Source: Lytechinus pictus (lineage: Eukaryota). Taken from it: a stretch of DNA of 64,000 nt. Location of the stretch: positions 8,496,001 through 8,560,000 of the forward strand of contig NC_087263.1 in the NCBI RefSeq assembly GCF_037042905.1, read 5' to 3'. A model generated the notes under the pieces. The model was not told where the DNA came from. It ran no database searches and saw nothing but the letters and a program-made list of their open reading frames with translations. This document shows, piece by piece, positions 10,896 to 23,454 of the stretch (position 1 is the stretch's first letter; the number at the start of each line of letters is the position of its first letter). Position numbers and translations under genes: made by a program.

Positions 10896-12208
10896 CTGAA
10901 ACATTAATATAAAGCACGAGTTTTAAAAAAAAGTTGCAGGACGATTTTACAGGTTTCTAGATCTAGTCAATTTTATATTTGCCAGTTTTAGCTTGGACTT
11001 TGGTGGTGCAGAAGCAATAAACTTAAAAGAGATCTCCAGCCTCCATTGCGATGCCCCGCTGCTTAATTGTGGTGGGGTATGTGAAAATCATTATCAATGA
11101 CAAAAATGGTATGAAAATATCTGAATGATACTAGTCTACATGCCCCATTTCAGCCCCTCTCACTGTAAATCACACAGCACAATTCAAAGAGCTCCACCAC
11201 GGAAGGTACAGTGAGTGATTGTATTACTGACCTGCCTTGTATTGTTGTATACATGTTGTAGGCCTACATGTCTTATCGATTGCGCACATCATACGCATCA
11301 GAAAATAAATAGGTTTTGCAACATCCTTCCAAAGCCTAGAAGTAGAAAGATGATGAAAAATGGCAAAAAACACTTTTTCAAAGTCTTTACAGGTAGATCT
11401 AGTATAGGCCTATTCGAAAATAATAAAATATTGTAAAAATAGCTCATCACGGCATCAGTGATTTTGTTGTTTTCTCAACTTTTCCCATAGGATAAACACG
11501 TTCGGTAATACCATTTTCAATTCAAGTGACCAAAATATTTCAAATGTGAAGTTGAACTTGAAGAGGGGTCTTGTCTTTCTGTTATTTGTCCACACAATTG
11601 GAAGCTGATAATGTCAAAAGAAAAGAAAAACAATTTTGTCATTTTTTTTTTACATAGGGCCTAGCATATTATTTTAAATTTTAGTTTTGTAGCCTTTTTT
11701 TATGTAGGTATTTGTGGGTTTACAAATTAGGCCCTACATCAGGTTGAAACTAAGTTTGGTTTGGGGTTGGTGAATGTTATGAGAATATTGTTTTGATATG
11801 ATTGAATTCATGAAAAGTCTACACTAGCGCCGTGGTCGATATTACGATCCACTACCATACTTTCAGATGCCTAACTTAAATAAAGTTACATGTAGTAGTA
11901 CTAGTGCGATACGCATATACGGCGGGGTAAGTTCTTCCAACGTTACGGCGACGGCTTCTACGACTACGGCCGGGGGAGCTCCGCGAGGCCGGGCCGAGAC
12001 GAAGCGCAAATGCAATGAATGATAACCGGCAGGCAGGCATGCAGAATTATTATCGACTGAAATGAAAGTCTGAAAAAAAAACCATTTGACTCGGGTTTTC
12101 ACAAACGATTGAAAGTAATGTGAGAGAAACAAACATCACATACAGACAAACAAGAACTAGCATGACTAGGAAGTCGAAAAGAATGAGCTGAAAATCAAAT
12201 CTACTTAC

Positions 12209-12259
12209 ATTTAAATCGCCACTTGCAGCCGCAGTTGCCAGGTCACAGGACGCTGCCAT
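12209..12259 (-). CDS. Ankyrin-repeat gene, exon 1 (MAASCDLATAAASGDLN)
   Basis: ATG at 12259-12257 (context AAAATGG); 51 nt; GTAAGTAG donor at 12208, phase 0; LATAAASGDLN resembles an ankyrin helix 1; joins exon 2 in frame. Confidence 0.85.
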
Positions 12260-13919
12260 TTTCACTAAGTGACTAGTCTACACTCCAAACTCTTTCATGA
12301 AATACTTTTTTGTAACCGTATGCGCTATGCGGGAATGGTAGTATATCTACTGCATGTACAGGTAGAAGGGCCGGGGCGCTGAACGGTTTTGAAAAAAAAA
12401 AGGGGGGGGGGGCTTGACGAGTAAAAAAAATTAGATGACCTTTATCACGTTTTTGTGTGTGTTAAGGTTGGGGGGATTGACCCCCCTAGGCCTAGCTAGC
12501 CCCCCCCCCCCCCCCGGTTCCGCAGCCCCTGCTTTGGTCTTGACTCTTCACACATTATGTTCAGTTTTATTTCTGCATAAATGCAGGCTCTTAATCCATC
12601 ATGCACTTGTGACTAAAATTGATTTTTTTTTTTTTAGATATAATTACGCCTATCGGTCTCAAAAAATTATTGCACTCAACTACATTGTATATACCTATAT
12701 ATTTTTCAAGAAATTAATAACAAATTTAGATTAGAGATGTTATTTGTTATCTTATCATCGTGTATAGGCCTACATGCCAATGGCTACATATTTGTATATT
12801 CATAGGCATGTTTAGAGATTGACAACGGAAACAAAACAACTCATGATTGTGTTGGGATTGGCTTTCATTTCCGGGGTTAAACTATCTCTGTTCTTGGGAA
12901 TGTCTATTCCCGGTTTATATTATAGTCGATCACCTTCAACTCTTTTCTTCTCCTGGGAATAGCTATCTATTAGTCATAGTCATGATAGTGGTGGTGATAA
13001 AATATTACCTATATACAACTAGTAGTATAGACATTTTCAAGTAAAGAGTAAATAATAATTTAAAAAAGAAACACGATGCGTTCATGTTGTTGTTCAGCTG
13101 TTTGTTTATTTTCATTCTCTAGGCTAGTTCGTTAAATATGTTCTTTGATTTATCGTTTTTTTTTTCATTTATACTCATATTCAGTTATTTTTTACCGATT
13201 ATGATCATTCATACACTATCCGGTCGTTCCTTCGTTTATTCGTTCATCTATTCATTTGCTCGTTCATTCATTCATTCATTCATCCATTCATTCATTCATT
13301 CTTTCTTAATTTACATCATTATTCATATATTTGCTATTTCTTTTGTTATTGAGGCTAATGGAGTTTATTTCGGAGAGAGGGTATCAAGTTAATGACTGAC
13401 ATAAGCCTTGATAGATCTTACTTAATTCTGATCTTCACCTTTGCTGTAAAAAAATGTGCGGATTAAAACTGATCCGCCCATTACAACGGATCATGTGTGT
13501 TTATTTTTTATAAATATATATTTTTGTTCACCTTAATCCCTTTTCTCCTTTTTAAAAGTAGATGCGTGGTCGCCCCTTTACTGACCCCTGTTAGCGCCGC
13601 CTCTCGTCAGCTTAAACGTCGGGCAACGCCACTTACATTAATGGATAGGCCTACAATCCTATTACATAACAATGTCTATAATTATCATTAGCAGAAATCA
13701 CGCGACAGGCGTGAAGGGGAAAGCTGTGTGACACAAAACAACTGGGCCTAATGGCCTAATGTCCTATGCTACAATCTGGTCCCCAGATTGCAGGACTATA
13801 ATAAGAATAAATGCAAGGTAACAACAACTGAATAAATCGAATAAATCATTCGTGATCAAGACCCAAATTGTCATTATTAAAAATGAAAATAACGAGAAAA
13901 GGGAAGAAAAACTCGCACG

Positions 13920-14165
13920 TCGTCATCATCATCATCATCGTTATTGTTCTTTTTTTATATAGATATTATAATGATAATATTATCATCAATAACAATGATA
14001 TTACTATTATTATCATTATCATTATCATCATCATTATTATTATTATTATTATCAATTATTATTATTATTTGTATTATTATTATCATTATCATCATCATCA
14101 TCTTAACCTCATCAACATTATCATCATCACCATCATCATTATATTTATCATCATTATCACCGTCG
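13920..14165. repeat. (ATT/ATC)n microsatellite
   Basis: Direct reading; source of the spurious poly-Ile ORFs. Confidence 0.9.
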
Positions 14166-14536
14166 CCATTTTCATTTTTATCCTATAGGCCTAGTTCTGT
14201 ATCAGTTTAGTGATCGTCAATATCATATACCACGTATCACCTTAGCAACCAACCAACTCAAAGGCGTGGGCTTCATTTTGTTTCATCGATATAAAAATGA
14301 CCACAATTGAAATGTGTTAGAGGTATTTGAAAGGCAAACAAATAATTTCTATCATAAAAACAAACCGAGGTCAAAGATTTATTGAAGGAATACATGATGT
14401 ATGCTAATATCTCTATGATGTTTGTAGATTGCCATATCGCCAGGTAAAGACAAACCTATCGATGTTAACAATAATATGATTCTATAAGATTATAAATTGT
14501 TTGTGAAATCAGTTTTGAGCATATTACACCCCCTAA

Positions 14537-14568
<32 letters not shown>

Positions 14569-14606
14569 AAGGCTCTATTTCATATTCCATCTAAGGGAAA
14601 TCGGAA

Positions 14607-14885
14607 TTGCCAATTCGTCTACTGCCAACTGGTCCACTGACCACACGGTCTACTTTCATACCGTCCATCAACATTTCGTCTAACAACCATTTGGTCCATT
14701 AGCCAGTTCATCTAATATCCATTTAAGTTTCATTCATTTTGCACAATTTTACACTTATAGTCCAATTAATGGCCATTGGACCAACTGGTTATTAGACGGA
14801 ATGGTATTAGACTAAATGAAAGTAGACCATGTGGTGAGTGGACGAACTGATGGTAGCCCAAATGATAGTAGACGAGTTGGCAATG
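14607..14885. mobile_element. Palindromic MITE (unclassified)
   Basis: ATTGCCAATTCGTCTACT...GGTCTACTTTCAT mirrored by ATGAAAGTAGACC...AGTAGACGAGTTGGCAAT. Confidence 0.7.
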
Positions 14886-15529
14886 GGACGAATTGGAAAT
14901 AAACCTTGTACTGGATAGCTAAAACAAAAACTGTGGAAATGGTGGTTTCGGGTGGTAAAGGAGTTTTCCATCCTTTAAAAATACAAACCTTGTCACTCAT
15001 CAGTCTCTTTGAATGGGAATGAAATAAAGAATCGGAGAAGAAAAAAAAAGGGGGGGCGATTTCATCGCATTCTATCTTTTCATTTTCATGTTTTTAAAAG
15101 TATATTGGCCTACATTCCTTCTTAATTATTCGATGTTCTAGGACTTCATGACTGTATCCGCTTCACAGTCAGAGAGAAGTCGCGTACGTAGCGGATGCCC
15201 TCATATAAATAATTTGTAAAATAAATAATTATTATTGTGGTATTTATTACAGGTTTTTACGGTTTATTGGTATGCAAACACGGACGTGCGGTTTCTTTTC
15301 TGCAAAGAAGGCAAAGCAAAACAAATACTTCTCTATACTTGAACTCTGGTGACGTTGTGAGACTATTGTCATTATATACTTCCGATCAGGGGTGGCGACG
15401 CAGGGGCGGGTCAGGGGTGACTTGCTATTTTTCAAGCATATTAGCAAAAGAGGAGAAAAGATCAATTAATCAATCAATCAATATTATCTATCAATCAAAC
15501 AATCCATCTATCAACCAACCAGCCAACCA

Positions 15530-15735
15530 ATAAATAAATAAATAAATAAATAAATAAATAGATAGATAGATTGATAGATAAATAAATAAATGAATAAATA
15601 AATAAATAAATTGATAGATAGATAGATAGATAGATATATTGATAGATAAATAAATGAATAAATAAATACATACATGAATGAATAAATAAATGAATAAATA
15701 AATAAATAAATAAATTATTCAATCTATCAATCAAT
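15530..15735. repeat. (AAAT)n/(AGAT)n microsatellite
   Basis: Direct reading. Confidence 0.9.
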
Positions 15736-16946
15736 CCACACAGTTCAAGTGAAAAAAGTGACCTCAACTTCAAGTTGTCTCCCCCCCCCCCCCGCTCTAT
15801 GATTATATAAAAATATCCCGACACCGCCCGTCCCTGCTTCCGATTAGATTGATTCGATGGGCTTAACAGTAGTCCAGTCGACCCAGCAGAGCTCTATTAT
15901 CGTGTCATGTTCATCAACAGACGTTGGGCCTGTGTTTTCCATTCATTCACAGATGGTGAAAACACTGCAAGTTTTGCCTAAATTAGGTGATGCATCATTG
16001 TATGAATTGGGAGAGAAGCCAGGATTTTAGAGGTGGATGTTCACGCCAAGGATCATTGGAAAAAAACCTATATTGTACAGCAACTAGCAAGTTCTGTATT
16101 TTTTGGCGGACGGTAGCAAGATTGAGCAATATTGTATATTGTTTGCTATAATGATTATGGTGCGCACGAGAGAGCGATTTTCAAGTGACAGCTTTGAAGA
16201 CAGTCCTAAGTGCCATTTTCTCAGATAAAGCCGGATCTGATAATGAATGAACGCTATTTTTACCAAGATCTGTGGTTGCAATTAAGGAGGTGATTTTATT
16301 AGGAAATATATATTTTGACTGGAAAGCATACAACTCGAAGTAGGTCTTGGGTCGTCTATCATTTTCAATGACATTGGAGATCGATCGAGCATTCACCGTT
16401 GTATTCCATTTGGGAGTAAGGACGCCAGATAGTTCTATATCCACAACACGGATCCATTTTTTCTGATAAGGTATTTTCTTACTGATAATCCTGCCAGCCA
16501 GCAATGTTATAGAGTTGTAGGACACTCTATAATATCGACATCGTACTTCGGAAAACGGGGACTACACTAAATATCGCCAATTCGTCGTCGTTTTAGGAGA
16601 CAACACTTCTCCCTTATTAAAAAATAAATTTGACGGAATATTTTCAACATTTTTCATGTTCAACATCACCTTCACGATATAAGGGAACAGGAATATAGCC
16701 TATTTGAAAGCCATATCATTTGTCAGAGGACGGGCACAAGGGTAACACCCGGTCACTGTGATATCAATTTAATTGTCAATTTTTGTGCCAACATCAGTCT
16801 AAGCATAATATTTTGGAAATATACCAACGTTTTTAAACTTTTAGATCCCTGTATACGATTTTTTTGTAGGTCTAATGAATCTGTCAAGAAAAAAAGATCG
16901 ATGAACATTTTTTTTATCAAGGAATTTAATTGTAGCCAAAAGCAAA

Positions 16947-17248
16947 ATGCACCATCGTAACCTATTACTCGTCCTCACGGCGACACGCTTCATCTCGATG
17001 ACGACGATGATGACTACGATGATGATGACGGTAAATACGGTCGAAGCTGCAGTTGTTATCAGCAGCGAAACACGTCCCGATGAAAGCTTTAGAACAAAGT
17101 CGAGAGTGAGTCTCGATGACGATAGGGGATACGTCGACATCGTAGTCGCAGTCGACCCTAGCCTCGATGAAGGGGAACACCCTGACATCATCGATGAAAT
17201 CAAGGACACTTTAAGGAATGCGTCGAACCTTCTGTACAGAGCAACTAA
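16947..17248 (+). CDS. CLCA-family gene, candidate first coding exon 1A
   Basis: ATG (AAAATG); hydrophobic/Met-rich leader, then DRGYVDIVVAVDPSLDE...IIDEIKDTLRNASNLLYRATK, matching the CLCA N-terminal pattern GY..IVVAI.P...E...I..IK.....AS..L..AT; AA|GTAAGT donor, phase 2. Confidence 0.85.
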
Positions 17249-17274
17249 GTAAGTAGGCATATACTCTTTATTAA

Positions 17275-17881
17275 AGGACAAGTCCACCCCAACAAAAACT
17301 TGATTTGAATAAAAAGAGAAAAAATCAACAAGCATAACACTGAAAATTTCATCAAAATCGGATGTAAAATAAGAAAGTTATGACATTTTAAAGTTTCGCT
17401 TCATTTCACAAAACAGTTATATGCACATATCGGTCGGTATGCAAATGAGGGAACTGATGACATCACTCACTCACTATTTCTTTTGTATTTTGTTATATGA
17501 AATATGAAAATTTTTGATTTTCTCATCATTGTCATGTGAAATGAAGTTTCATTCCTCCCTGAACACGTGGAATTCCATTATTTTAACATTTTGTGATTCA
17601 GGCAAGGAGGTCCTAATCATCAAATTCGTAAAAATTGAAATATTGTATAATTCAAACAATAAAAAACAAAAGAAATAGTGAGTGAGTGAGTGACATCATC
17701 GACTCTCTCATTTGGATGTAACTGGCTCGTTCATTTAACTATTTTGTTAAAAATAAGCGAAACTTTGGAATGTCATATCTTTCTTATTTTATATCCGATT
17801 TTGATGAAATTTTCAGCATTGTGCTTGTCTGATTTTTCTCTATTGATTCAAATCAACATTTTTCTGAGGTGGACTTGACCT
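17275..17881. mobile_element. Kolobok-like MITE (TTAA TSD), copy 2
   Basis: TTAA (17271-74)|AGGACAAGTCCACCCC...GGTGGACTTGACCT|TTAA (17882-85); same family as 5565-6151. Confidence 0.85.
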
Positions 17882-18946
17882 TTAAAGACAAAAGTATATA
17901 AATATGTGAAAGGGGCAGGGTAGATTTTTCACCCCACGAGTGAAAAGTATATATAGCGGTTTGCCCTGACTTGGAGGGTGGTATATTTTTTTTTCCAGAA
18001 AGGGATTTTCAGGGAGCCCTTATGCTTATTTCACAGTTAGTCAGTGAACATTCATTATTATTTCTTTTTGTAGAAAATCAAATTGGAAACCATACTAATT
18101 TTTTATGCGATCGTTATTTAATTTAATGTATGTGAGACGAGTGTGTATGTGTTTTTTCAATAAAAGTTAATTTTCCTTAAAATAATCTGATATAATGCAA
18201 AAAGAGAGAGAGAGAGAGCAAACGGCAGATAAGCCAGATTTGTTGTGTATTTCCCCCAAAACCGATTAATGCTTTCCATTAAAGATTGGCAAGCATAGTA
18301 AAATTACCTAAAGGAAATACATAATCCAGCGGTTGGCATCAGAATTAATGGATAAAATGATGTAAAAAAAAAATAAAAGTGCTAAATAACGCCGATTCTT
18401 TACTCAATAAGAAATCGGGAAAGTGGAAGAATCGAATGGGCATATATCGCCTTTTGAGAAGGGGGCGTGAACCATGCATGTTATAAAAAAATCCTTGTCC
18501 GACTATTAAAGATTATACGAAGATTTGTTATTATTTGATTATTTTAGGCAATATTCACTATTGTCCATTTCGTCTGTACTATTCAGTATGCCATCACGTA
18601 AATTTTATTGAATGTATTTTTACGTCGTTCAGACTCGTTTTATTTACTTTTAAACATGCCAGACGTATATAACCCGACGAAGGACTAAGTGAATATCAGT
18701 ATTCTTATTAGTTCCCCCTTGCACATAATCTTCTCGAGTCTTGTGATAGTTATTTTCTTCATATTTTTATGCAAATTGTAATTACTAGTAATTGTTTGGC
18801 AATTACTTGATCAGGCAACATTATTCGAGCTTGTATATATTTTGTTAGTATTGTCACAACAAATAGAACCTTCGACAATCCTTAATCTAAAGTTACCCTA
18901 TAGCGTATAACATTTAGATAATTGTCACTAATAATCATCATTATTG

Positions 18947-19365
18947 GGGCGATTCCATACGTGTCGTACGGGACATTTTGACAACAATTTCTATTTTTCT
19001 AGCCGAATGCTTGAGCAATAAAATATTCTCTTTTGTCAATGATAAAGCTATAGTGAGTAGTCATGTGAAAAACTGATAAACAAGACAAAAAAAAATGATT
19101 ATGGGTGAGTTATAGGTGAAAATGTTGTGTGTCGTACGGGACGCAGAAATGTCCCGTACGACACGCAACGTTTTTGGCTCTAATTCACCTATTTTAAAAA
19201 TAATTTAATAAAATACAACATATTTTTGTTGGTTGTCGTTTTTTTGCATTTCTACCCAGTAGTACTTTAATATTACCACAAAGCAAATTGAATTTCTTCG
19301 TTCGTTTTGACGGCAGGTTGAAAAATGTTGTGAAAATGGCTGATTTTTCTAGCATGGAATCGCCC
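18947..19365. mobile_element. MITE with 12-bp TIR and 4-bp flanking direct repeat
   Basis: GGGCGATTCCAT...ATGGAATCGCCC flanked by ATTG; internal GTGTCGTACGGGAC in direct and inverted copies. Confidence 0.7.
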
Positions 19366-22300
19366 ATTGGTCATGTTGGTGATTGACATAGAAAATATAC
19401 AAATATACATTTCTCAATAAAGCACTGAATTTGGTAACATTTTTGTTTTGTTTTAATAAATAGTGCTTGGTGTGGAAGTCTCTTGATATTATACGCATGA
19501 TTTAGTTGTCTTAAGGTTCATGAAAGCACATGATCATAAATGTGGGAAGAAGAAAATGAAGGGATATGATGATTATAGACCAAAACACAGAATTGATAAC
19601 GTCTAATTAATGAAAAGTGAAAGGGAAACAAACATGTTTTTCAAATCCGCTTGTAAATCCGATTTCATTATTCTTAATTACTTCAAGGCTCATGTTTTCT
19701 CAGATTTCAATATTCATTTTCACTGTGTCAGTTTCTTCAATATCTCCCTTAATGTGCACCATCTTCCTCCTCCTTCTCCTCCTCTTTTTCGTCTTCCTCC
19801 TCTTCTACTTCTTCTTCTTTTCTATAATGTTTTAAACACGAGATGGCGCTGTTGAATAACGTATCTTTACCCTAATTAGAGTCATACTCCGTAATTGGAG
19901 AGAAATACAAAGTAGTAGTGTGACATCAATTACTCATTTGCGACTTTCGATCACTAATGTTTTGCAGGTAAATTCTAAATGTTATAACTTTCTTTCTACA
20001 TCCGACTTTCAGGATTTTGTCAAAGTTATTCTTGAATGATTTTTTTTTCTGTGTTCAAATCAAATTGTAGTTTGGGTGCTTAAGTTTCCTTTTAAGATTA
20101 TTTTCAAAGGCTCGTTTGCGTTATGAGTGAGATAAACAAAAATCTTGAACTAAGTGTAAATAATAAAACATTTAGTACCGTTGACCTTTGGATATTTTTT
20201 TGCAACATGACAAGATGAATTGAGCATGACAGGGGGGGGGGGGCGATTTCGATTATTTTGAAACTTAGTTGCAGTGCATATATATAAGATTTTTGTACCG
20301 CTGTGAATAATATTATCCGTAAAAATGATTCGTCTATGTTCATATCAAAGGTGCTGAAACATACTTGTTAGTGTTTAAGAAAAGAAATGAAAAAGCCGAA
20401 CATAATGGAGGAATATGGGAGTTATCCCGAAAAATCATACACAATTTATCAGGCGGAACGCGCGAAATTATTTGTAGGCCAACATAAATAAATTATAATG
20501 CATGAAACAAATGATGGCGCCCTTCAGTGTAAAAAATCGCACTGTCACCGCGGTCACAACTGAGTTTACACAAAATGTTCAGTTTGATAAGGCTGGATGG
20601 ATCTGATAGATTTCACTCTTCATTACTATCTGCTAAGTGTTTTAAAAATAATAAAAAATACAAGTTAAATTGAAATTAATAAATTGACTTCAACACTGGT
20701 TGTATACGAACTAGTCTGCAGGCACAGACCCTGATTGAGACTTTGATCATCAAGTGGGTCTCCACGCAAAGACTAGCACTTACTAAACTTGCTGTTTGGG
20801 TGAGAGGGCCTTCAGTACACAAGGCATTATAGACTGCACATACAGACCCGTAACTCGAGTGAAGGGTTTGCACAGCAGACTACCGCCGAACGGCCCTTAT
20901 ATTTTCATTGTGCTTACGACCCCGCCCCCTTTCGATCCCCCAGACACGCCCCCATTATCAGAGAGGCACTCTTCACGCTCTCCACCTCTCTGTCTGTATA
21001 CACGGAAAGGGTTTATCTCTCCACATGCTCAAATCATCACCTAACACGTTTCATTTGCTTCACCCCCTCTCTGCCTCTTGTTTTTTTTTAATCTTTCGAA
21101 ATCACGTTTTCAAAACTCAATTCACATTAATCACGATTATTATAACATTTACTGTACCCATGTGTAAACGTTTTCTCCCATTCTCCCTCTTCCCCTTGGC
21201 CGTCTTTCTCTCTCCCTCTCTTTCCTTCCCCTCCTACCGCTCCCCATCCTCTGTCCATCCCTCACCCCCCCCCCTCTTTCTCCACTATCTCTATTTGTTT
21301 TGGGTCGTAGTACCGCCCCTATACAGGATTGTTTCTTTTCCACTTTCATTCTTTCAAGTGCCTTTCAACCCCTTCAGTGCTGGATATGGTTTTACTACTT
21401 GGTGGTCATGGTAGTGGTAGACCAGAATAATTATAAGAAACCGTGGCATAAAAAGCAGGATTGTTCTTTTTTATTTGCTTAAGTACAAGGTACAAAGACA
21501 AAGTTACATTGAGTATACAAGCTTAAGTGAGTATGCACACAGACTTAACTATTATTCTTACTCAAGAGTGGAAAGACAATCAGGAGAGAGAAATAGAAAG
21601 GGAGAGGGAGAAAAAAATGGAGAGATAGAGTGAGAAGTAGAGGGAGAGGGAGGGAGAGGGATTCATTCAAGCATACACACATACACACACACAGAAACGA
21701 AATAGTATTACCCACATGTAAATCGATATGATGACTCACTAGATATTTAAAAATATGATCCCACACTCCGTCGCATTGGAAGCCGTGATCTCGGGACAGG
21801 CCGTTATCATTCACACACACTCATTGTTGCAGACGACATTGAACTGTGTTGGCGGTAAAAATATTGTCTCTCTTTCTCTATCTCTCATTCACCACCATTC
21901 ATTCGCGTAATCTACCATTTTGCTGGCGGATTTTCAGTTGGGCGGCGCACATTTCGTTTAGTTACCACGCGACCAGGGTGCATCGCAGAGGAGTTCCGCC
22001 ACCGGCTGCCGGAAGCTATCATAGGTTACCCGTGCATTGGTTTATACCAGTCTTATGGAATTTAGCAAGTAGATACAGATCTGGAAATTGATTAATTACG
22101 AGGTGCGATAATCTTCAGAGAACGGCCCGACACTTTGTTATACCATCAAATAATGCATGTGGAGTATAGGTTTACGTCATCACAAAGGTTTAACGAGTCT
22201 TATTGATCGGTGACCATCTTAATGATTTTCGTCAATTCATTTCAGAGGAATTAGAGGAACACCCAATTGGAAAATTGTGTTTCGTTTTTAACTGCCATAT

Positions 22301-23161
22301 ATGATTTATATTCATATTTACCAGTCTTGGAATGCTTTAAGAAAGCACGTGCGGAATTATTTTTACTCGGGAACTTCAAACGCTATATGCCATGCATGTG
22401 GGCCTACTCTAACTAGGGCTACATCTCTGATTTTAACGCTGTGTAATTTATATTCCGAAAGGAGAACCGATTGATTAATTGTGAACCTTATAGTGATAAG
22501 GTCTAAATCAACAGAGTGGTGTCGAAATATTTGATGTTCTTATATTTGGAGTTAATCACCAATGACCATTAACAACACAAGGGGTGTGTGTTTCGTCATG
22601 CCAGATTATTTGTCAATGGTGTACGTCGTCACAAAGTAGACCGAATCCTGACTCAGAACATTAATTATTCCATTTGATTTAATAATATGCTATACCTGGA
22701 ATATCCAGCGATGCAGCAACGGTGGGTAAAAAATGAGGAGAACTTGAATATTTAAACGGGACACATTTGGATTAATAGTGCTGCTGGAATTACTCCTTGG
22801 ATATTTCTAGAATTAAAGTTGGATTTACTTGGCGTCTGTTATATCTCGTAAACGACGTGACTTAGTTATAGATCGCGTATAATATATTGACCGCGAATAT
22901 AAAGTGATATTTACCCGTACAACGTGCGATGTTTATGTCTACAGGTTTTTGTTCAGCTTTAAACCTCCAGTACTACCACATTCATTGTCTGTCTGTATTT
23001 TACAGGCATCGCATACCCTATTGATTGATTATTGTGTACTATTTACCGTCACACCGGGTAATAGTACTTTATATCACCCCTTGTTTTGTGCAGTATACTC
23101 AAACCACTGCCGCTTGATAGACAGCTACACCGGAGCCGTGAAGAAAACATACAATATCAAA

Positions 23162-23454
23162 ATGGAATTGAGGACGGATATGAGGAGCATTAATTTCAAA
23201 TTGACAGTCACTATCATATTATATGTACTTGCATTCCATGTTGGCATCGCTATATCGGACGATAATGACTTCTTCGGAGAGGAACGATATGATAGTCCCA
23301 CACATGTTAGGCCATTGACTCCGGCAGATCGGGGATATAGGGATGTGGTGATCGCGATAAAAGATGATGTGAATGAAGATGATTTTCCAGCTCTTTTGGA
23401 TGATTTGAAGCGGGCAATGACTAAGGCCTCTTCATTCATGTACATAGCCACAAA
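23162..23454 (+). CDS. CLCA-family gene, candidate first coding exon 1B
   Basis: ATG (AAAATGG); signal-peptide-like LTVTIILYVLAFHVGIAIS, then DRGYRDVVIAIKDDVNE...LLDDLKRAMTKASSFMYIATK; AA|GTAAGT donor, phase 2. Confidence 0.88.

Noticed and set aside
22904..23161. Upstream extension of ORF 22904-23458, including a phase-2 AG at 22943-22944 that could join exon 1A to 1B in frame
   Set aside because: The ORF start is GTG, the extension is not CLCA-like, and the join would duplicate the N-terminal segment with an internal signal peptide. ATG 23162 is preferred; only RNA-seq could formally exclude the join.
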